DNA of 64,000 nt, from NCBI RefSeq assembly GCF_021246445.1, contig NZ_JAJQXW010000001.1, positions 1,878,168 through 1,942,167 of the forward strand, in the 5' to 3' direction. The notes under the pieces were generated by a model. It saw only the letters and a program-made list of their open reading frames with translations, was not told the origin of the DNA and did no database searches. Source of the DNA: Rhabdothermincola salaria (GTDB lineage Bacteria; Actinomycetota; Acidimicrobiia; Acidimicrobiales; Acidimicrobilacustridaceae). How positions within the stretch are numbered: position 1 is the stretch's first letter; every line of letters starts with the position of its first letter. Both the position numbers and the translations under genes were made by a program. Of the stretch, positions 58,971 to 64,000 are shown piece by piece.

Positions 58971-59184
58971 GGGGATGATCCTCCGCCCGGCGATCCGGGC
59001 GGACCGGCAGGCCGGGGCCATGCCCGGACTGCCCCGGTCGGCCCCGCCCACCCGGGTCGAAGCCGGCGGGGACCTCGCGACGCTGCCCGGACTCGAGGAC
59101 GGGACCCCTCCGACGCGGGCAAAGACGGAACCTGCCCCGGCGGAGGCGACCAGCCGATCCGGCCCGCCGCGGGCGGCGGACGCG

Positions 59185-59216
59185 GCACGGCCCCCTCCGC
59201 CGAGAGGGGGCCGTGC
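59185..59216 (-). terminator. GC-rich hairpin, likely 3' end of the 6C RNA
   Basis: GCACGGCCCCCT...AGGGGGCCGTGC inverted repeat; no U-tract. Confidence 0.5.
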
Positions 59217-59223
59217 GGTACGT

Positions 59224-59274
59224 CATGCGGTGGGGGAAACCGCACCGTGCGGTCGGGGGGAATCGACCGCTCTC
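59224..59274 (-). ncRNA. 6C-type small RNA
   Basis: Minus strand has two adjacent hairpins with C-rich loops: GCGGTCGA-TTCCCCCC-GACCGC and TGCGGT-TTCCCCC-ACCGCA. Confidence 0.75.
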
Positions 59275-59277
59275 CTT

Positions 59278-59305
59278 TCATCGGCAACCACGCGGCGCCA
59301 GTTGA
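59278..59305 (-). promoter_or_regulatory. sigma-28-like promoter for the 6C RNA
   Basis: Minus strand TCAAC-N15-GCCGATGA immediately 5' of the first hairpin. Confidence 0.5.
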
Positions 59306-59421
59306 GCGATCGGCGTCAGGTACGCGTCAGACGGCGCCCGGCATCCCGTAGGACATTCGGTGGGGGCTCAGGGCCCGCTCCGGGACCGGGGCACCGACCG
59401 CCGTGGCGCGCACCGGAGCAG

Positions 59422-61413
59422 TCAGGCGACGTCCCACAGGCGGTCGGCGAGGCCGCTGGCCCGCACCACCCGTTGGGTCACGGCCCGCTCGACCGATGCC
59501 GCGTCGCCGACCAGGGTGACCACCCGGCGGGCCCGGGTGACCGCGGTGTAGAGCAGCTCGCGGGTGGCCAGCCGCGAGGTGGGCGACGGGAGCACGACGA
59601 TGACGTGGTCGAACTCCGAGCCCTGGCTCTTGTGGATGGTCATGGCGTGGACGGTCTCGACCGACTCGAGGCGCACCGGAGCCAACAGCCGGGGCGCCTC
59701 GGGTCCGGGGAAGGCCACCCGGGCCCCGCCCGGCGCCGCCACCACGACACCCAGGTCGCCGTTGAACAAGCCGTTGGCCCGGTCGGTGGCGGTGACGAGG
59801 ACGGGACGGCCGACATAGAAGCCCGGCGCCAGCGGCTTGACGCGCGCCAACGCCTCTTCGACCAGGCGGTTCCAGCCGGTGACACCGAACGGGCCGCGCC
59901 GGTGCGCGCACAGCACCCGCAGGGAGGTGAGGGCCTCGAGGGCGTCGTCGGTGTCCCCTCGCTCGGCGAGGTCGCGGACCCGTTGGGCGGACCGCCCGAC
60001 CTCGGCGACGACCGGGTCGCGGGCATCGGTGGTGTCGCCCGGTGCGTCGATCCACGCCAGGCGCACGCCGGCGTCGAGTGCGAGCGTCAGCTGGGCCACC
60101 TCGGCTTCCGGGTACTGCTCCGAGGCGCCCCCGACCTCGGCCAGCAACTCGAGGGCGAGGTCGGCGTCGCCGGCGCGGACGGCCTGGGCGAAGCGGTCGA
60201 TGACCGAGCCCGGCGGGAAGCGGAAGCTGCGGGTGAGCACCGACACGCACCCGGCCAGCGGCCCGGCGGGCGGAGGGCCGGATCCGAGCGCGGCGTCCAC
60301 CGCCGGGCCGGCGATGTCGCCCAGCACCGAGCCGGCCTCGACGCTGGCCAGCTGCCCGGGATCGCCCACCAGCACCACCCGGGCGTCGGGGCGCACGGCG
60401 TCGAGCAGGCGGGCCATGAGCGGCAGCGACACCATGGAGGTCTCGTCGACGATCACCACGTCCTCGACCAAGGGGTTGTCGGCGTGGTGGCGCATCCGCA
60501 CCGTGCCGGGGCGGGCCCCGAGCAGGGCGTGCAGCGTGGTGGCCCGAGCGTCGGCGAGCTCGTCGGCCAAGGTCTCGACGTCGGACAACGACGAGCGCCG
60601 CAGCTGGTCGGCGACGGCGTGGAACGCCTCTCCCATGCGGGCCGCGGCCTTGCCGGTGGGGGCGGCCAGGGCGATGCGCAGCCGGCCGGAGGGGTCGCCG
60701 GCCCGCAGCAGGGCCAGCAGGGCGGCGACGGTCTGGGTCTTGCCGGTGCCCGGGCCGCCGACGATGACGGCGAGGCGGCGCGACGCTCCGGCCGTGGCCG
60801 CCGACCACTGGGGGCTGTCGTCGGCGTCCTCACCAGGGGCCAGCGGGACCAGGGTCTGGAGAAGTTCGACACGGCGGGCGTCGGCCAACGCGGCGGCCAC
60901 GGGAGGAGCGGCGGCCCGCTGTCGCAGCTCGCCGGCCACACGGCGCTCGTAGGCCAGGTAGCGCTCGAGGTACAGGCGGGTGCCGTGCAGCGCCATCGGC
61001 CGGGGCGGCACGCTGGGGGTCTCGGGGGGCTCGCCGTCGACCAGCACCTCGACGAGGGGCGACGCCGCCAGCGCGGCCTGCCAGGCGGCGATGTCGGAGG
61101 GCCACGGCAGGTCGTCGACGCCGGCAGACTCGACCACACCGCGATCGCCCTCGACCTCGGCGGCGGCCGAGGCGGCCACGGTGGCGAGGTCGAGGCAGGT
61201 GTGGCCGAGGCGAGGAGCCCGGGCGGCCAGCGCGGCGGCCACCGCCACCTCCGGGGGTTCGGCCCCCACCCCGGTGAGCCGGCACAACGTGGCCGCGAGG
61301 TGGGCGTCGCCGGCCGACACCACCCCCGCCGCCCGCCACGGTGCCAGCAGCGCGAGCACCTCGAGGTCCGCACCCCGTGTCCCGCCGGTGGCGGTGTCCA
61401 CGCCGGTGCTCAC
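59422..61413 (-). CDS. recD: exodeoxyribonuclease V alpha subunit
   Basis: GHTCL, LYLERY, GGPGTGKT, APTGKAAAR, IVDETSMV, GDPGQLASVEAG, MTIHKSQGSEF, RELLYTAVTRAR. GTGA overlap with recB. Confidence 0.95.
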   Translation of the reverse strand: MSTGVDTATGGTRGADLEVLALLAPWRAAGVVSAGDAHLAATLCRLTGVGAEPPEVAVAAALAARAPRLGHTCLDLATVAASAAAEVEGDRGVVESAGVDDLPWPSDIAAWQAALAASPLVEVLVDGEPPETPSVPPRPMALHGTRLYLERYLAYERRVAGELRQRAAAPPVAAALADARRVELLQTLVPLAPGEDADDSPQWSAATAGASRRLAVIVGGPGTGKTQTVAALLALLRAGDPSGRLRIALAAPTGKAAARMGEAFHAVADQLRRSSLSDVETLADELADARATTLHALLGARPGTVRMRHHADNPLVEDVVIVDETSMVSLPLMARLLDAVRPDARVVLVGDPGQLASVEAGSVLGDIAGPAVDAALGSGPPPAGPLAGCVSVLTRSFRFPPGSVIDRFAQAVRAGDADLALELLAEVGGASEQYPEAEVAQLTLALDAGVRLAWIDAPGDTTDARDPVVAEVGRSAQRVRDLAERGDTDDALEALTSLRVLCAHRRGPFGVTGWNRLVEEALARVKPLAPGFYVGRPVLVTATDRANGLFNGDLGVVVAAPGGARVAFPGPEAPRLLAPVRLESVETVHAMTIHKSQGSEFDHVIVVLPSPTSRLATRELLYTAVTRARRVVTLVGDAASVERAVTQRVVRASGLADRLWDVA

Positions 61414-64000
61414 GCCGCCTCCTCGCCGGTAGCCAGCAGTCGGTCGACGGTATCGAGCGCGGCGACGGGGGGACACCACCAGAACACGCCCCGGGTGTCG
61501 TCGGCCGCGCGGGCGGGATCCATGCCCCGCACGAACAGGTAGGCGGCGCCGAGGAGCTGGTGTTCGGGGTCGTAGCGCTCGGCGAGTCGCCAGCGCAGGT
61601 AGCGGTGCAGCGCCACCAGGTAGAGCGTGGCCTGCAACGGGTAACCGTTGTCGTTCATGGCCGAGGCCATCGCCGACCGGTCGTAGTCGGTGTCGCGGAG
61701 GCGGTTGGTCTTGTAGTCGGCCAACCAGAACCGTCCGTCGGGGGTGCGGGCCACGAGGTCGATGGAGCCGGTGATCATGCCGGCCACGTCGACCGCCAGC
61801 GCACCGGCTGCCGCCCGCTCGGCCCAGGGCCGCACCGGATCGTCGGCCGGCAGATGGTCGAGCAGCGCATCGGCCACCCGGGCCGCCGACAGCCGGCCGA
61901 GCGGCACGTCGAAGGAGAGCTCGTCGAGGCGGTCGACGCGGGGAAGGTCGACGAGGCGGACCGGACCCAGCGGCCCGCCCAACGGGGCGGAGAGCGCACC
62001 GACGAGGCCGTCGGCCAGCACGGCGCTCTCGACCGGGAGCGGCCGGTAGCGCAGGGCCTCGGCGCACCGGTCGTGCAGATCGGCGGCGAGGGTGGCCGAC
62101 CCGAAGTCGGTGTCCTCGAGCACCGAGTGCACCAGGGTGCCGAACGCCTTGCCCCCGGGGACATCGAGCAACGGCAACGGGTGGAGCCCGGACTCGACGG
62201 GTTCGTCGTCGACCGGGACGAGCGCGGGTTCGTCGTTGCCGCCCTCGGGGGGCAGGTCGGGCGGGAGGTCCATGAGGTCGGCGAGGGGCGGGGCCGGGTC
62301 GGCCGGGTCCGGGGGACGGTGGGCCCCGGCGGCGTGGGCCGCGTGGGCGATGCCGGTGAACGACCAGATGGCCCACCGACGGTCGATCGGACGGTGGGCC
62401 ACGGCCACCGACAGCTCGTCGGTCGGCGACGGATGCCGGTGGTGGGCCTCGCCGAGCGGTGGGGTGACCTCGACCACCGAGATGCGGCCGTCGGACCGAG
62501 CGGCCAGAGCCGGGAGGTCGACCTCACCGTCACCCGCCCCTTCGAGCACGCGCTGGAGCTCGGACCGCCCCCCGCGCGGCGGTCGCGCCCACCACACGAC
62601 CAAGCGGTGCTTGGCCCGAGTGAGCGCCACATAGAGCAGACGTCGAGCCTCGTCCTGGTTCTCCTCGGCGTTGCGCTCGGCGACGGCCTTCACGGGTCCC
62701 GTGCCGGCCCCGTCGTCGTTGGTGGGGATGGCGTTGGTGTTCACGTACCGCGTGCCATCGATCCAGCCGTGCCCGATGTCGTTGCCGCTCGTGGTCTGGG
62801 TCCACATCGTCGGGCAGAGCACGACGGGGAACTCGAGGCCCTTGGCCTTGTGCACGGTGAGGATCTTGACGGTGTCGTCGTCGCGGTCGATGCGGCGAGC
62901 GAGCACCTCGGAGGCCACGCCCTCGTCGTCGGCCACGGTGGTGCCCGACAGCGCCATCTCGTCGAGGACGCCGAGGAGGGCCGCCGGGCTGGTGCGCCGA
63001 CCACCGGACGCGGTGTTGAGCAGCTCGGCCACGTGGTCGAGGTCGGTGAGGTCGCGTTCGCCCGTGGGCCGGACCAGCACCCGGGCGGGCAGCCCGGCAC
63101 CGCGCACCGCACCGAGCATCGCCGGCAGCCCCTGTTCGACGAGCAACCCGGCCCAGCGCCGAAGCTGTTCGGCGAGGTCGGCCATGGCGTCGTCGCCGAG
63201 GTCGACCATCGACGAGGCGTCGTCGTCGAAGAACCACCCCAGGGCGGCAGCCCGGGCCGCTCCGGGGCTGGCCGGGCGATCGAGGGCCACCAACAGGGCG
63301 CGCCACTGGCGGGCGGCGGCGCTGTCGAGCACGCTGTCACCGGAGCTGCGCGCGGCGGGCACACCCGCCGCGGCGAGCGCCTCTGCGTAGGCGTCGGCGT
63401 CGACGTTGGAGCGCACGAGGATGCCGATGTCCGAGGCCTGCAGGCGGCGACGCTCCCCGTCGTCGACCAGCTCGGCGTGCTCCAAGAGGCGCACGACCTC
63501 GGCAACGAGGTCGACCGCCACGCCGGCGCGCGCCGTCCGCGTGTCGTCGTCGCCCGGGCGATGACGGAACTGCAAGGGGGCCGGGTCGGCGTCGGGGCCG
63601 GTGTCGAAGAAGCGAGGCTGGCTGCTCCCGGGGGCCCCGTCCACCGGCCGAAAGGCCACCGACGGGTGGCCGAACGCGACGCCGGCGAAGACCTGATCGA
63701 GGGCCTCCAGCAGTGCCTGGTCGGTGCGCCAGTTGGTGCCGAGCCCCACGACCTCACCCCCGTGGCCGTGGGCGTACTCGAGGGCGGTGAGGTAGGCCGA
63801 CAGCTCGGCGGACCGGAACCGGTAGATGGACTGCTTGGGGTCGCCCACGATGACGGTGTCGACCGGGTCGGCGGGGCCCTCGAGGAACGCCCGGCGGAAG
63901 ATGTCCCACTGCACGGCGTCGGTGTCCTGGAACTCGTCGACCATCACCAGCGAGAACCGCTTGCGCAGCGCGGCGACGATGGCGGTGCCGGCGCCGCCGG
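61410..64000 (-). CDS. recB: exodeoxyribonuclease V beta subunit (5' end outside window)
   Basis: VDEFQDTD..QW, VGDPKQSIYRFR, TVHKAKGLEF, RRLLYVALTRA, nuclease GSIDLV...DYKTN...YPLQ..LY. Confidence 0.95.
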   Translation of the reverse strand, partial: GGAGTAIVAALRKRFSLVMVDEFQDTDAVQWDIFRRAFLEGPADPVDTVIVGDPKQSIYRFRSAELSAYLTALEYAHGHGGEVVGLGTNWRTDQALLEALDQVFAGVAFGHPSVAFRPVDGAPGSSQPRFFDTGPDADPAPLQFRHRPGDDDTRTARAGVAVDLVAEVVRLLEHAELVDDGERRRLQASDIGILVRSNVDADAYAEALAAAGVPAARSSGDSVLDSAAARQWRALLVALDRPASPGAARAAALGWFFDDDASSMVDLGDDAMADLAEQLRRWAGLLVEQGLPAMLGAVRGAGLPARVLVRPTGERDLTDLDHVAELLNTASGGRRTSPAALLGVLDEMALSGTTVADDEGVASEVLARRIDRDDDTVKILTVHKAKGLEFPVVLCPTMWTQTTSGNDIGHGWIDGTRYVNTNAIPTNDDGAGTGPVKAVAERNAEENQDEARRLLYVALTRAKHRLVVWWARPPRGGRSELQRVLEGAGDGEVDLPALAARSDGRISVVEVTPPLGEAHHRHPSPTDELSVAVAHRPIDRRWAIWSFTGIAHAAHAAGAHRPPDPADPAPPLADLMDLPPDLPPEGGNDEPALVPVDDEPVESGLHPLPLLDVPGGKAFGTLVHSVLEDTDFGSATLAADLHDRCAEALRYRPLPVESAVLADGLVGALSAPLGGPLGPVRLVDLPRVDRLDELSFDVPLGRLSAARVADALLDHLPADDPVRPWAERAAAGALAVDVAGMITGSIDLVARTPDGRFWLADYKTNRLRDTDYDRSAMASAMNDNGYPLQATLYLVALHRYLRWRLAERYDPEHQLLGAAYLFVRGMDPARAADDTRGVFWWCPPVAALDTVDRLLATGEEAA

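Noticed and set aside
57985..59287. Protein-coding gene downstream of the sigma-28-like promoter (AGGAG at ~59272-59276)
   Set aside because: The candidate ORFs are Arg/Pro-rich and run through the octamer repeat. The paired C-loop hairpins are better explained as 6C RNA.

Overview
Very GC-rich actinobacterial chromosome segment. An Acidimicrobiia-like origin is my inference from gene content and codon style. The left ~12 kb is a nuclease-rich, defence-island-like region: an ADP-ribosylglycohydrolase/PTP-phosphatase fusion, two PD-(D/E)XK nucleases, a decaying toxin-antitoxin patch, two divergent HNH nucleases, a Zn-ribbon-NERD protein and a DUF222-type HNH with a LexA-like box. Next come a GntR-headed 7-gene catabolic cluster of unknown substrate, a J-domain/Asp23/AmaP envelope-stress cluster, three TetR modules with visible operators, and assorted enzymes. 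The right part holds a PHA locus (phaZ <- -> GST, phaC, phasin-like), TauD-GMC, ilvD, an MmyB-type regulator, a 6C-type small RNA and recD plus partial recB. Top observations: (i) two unrelated secreted proteins end in the same extreme C-terminal motif, ...V-x-V-(x)-P-x-F-T-G-stop, with no transmembrane tail, a candidate undescribed sorting signal; (ii) a 6C-like RNA and a dirigent/AOC-barrel-like lipoprotein gene share a sigma-28-like promoter motif, TCAA(G/C)-N15-GCCGATG; (iii) the candidate defence island; (iv) tandem-repeat expansions, in frame inside many enzymes. All product calls come from motif recognition by eye; no database searches were run.
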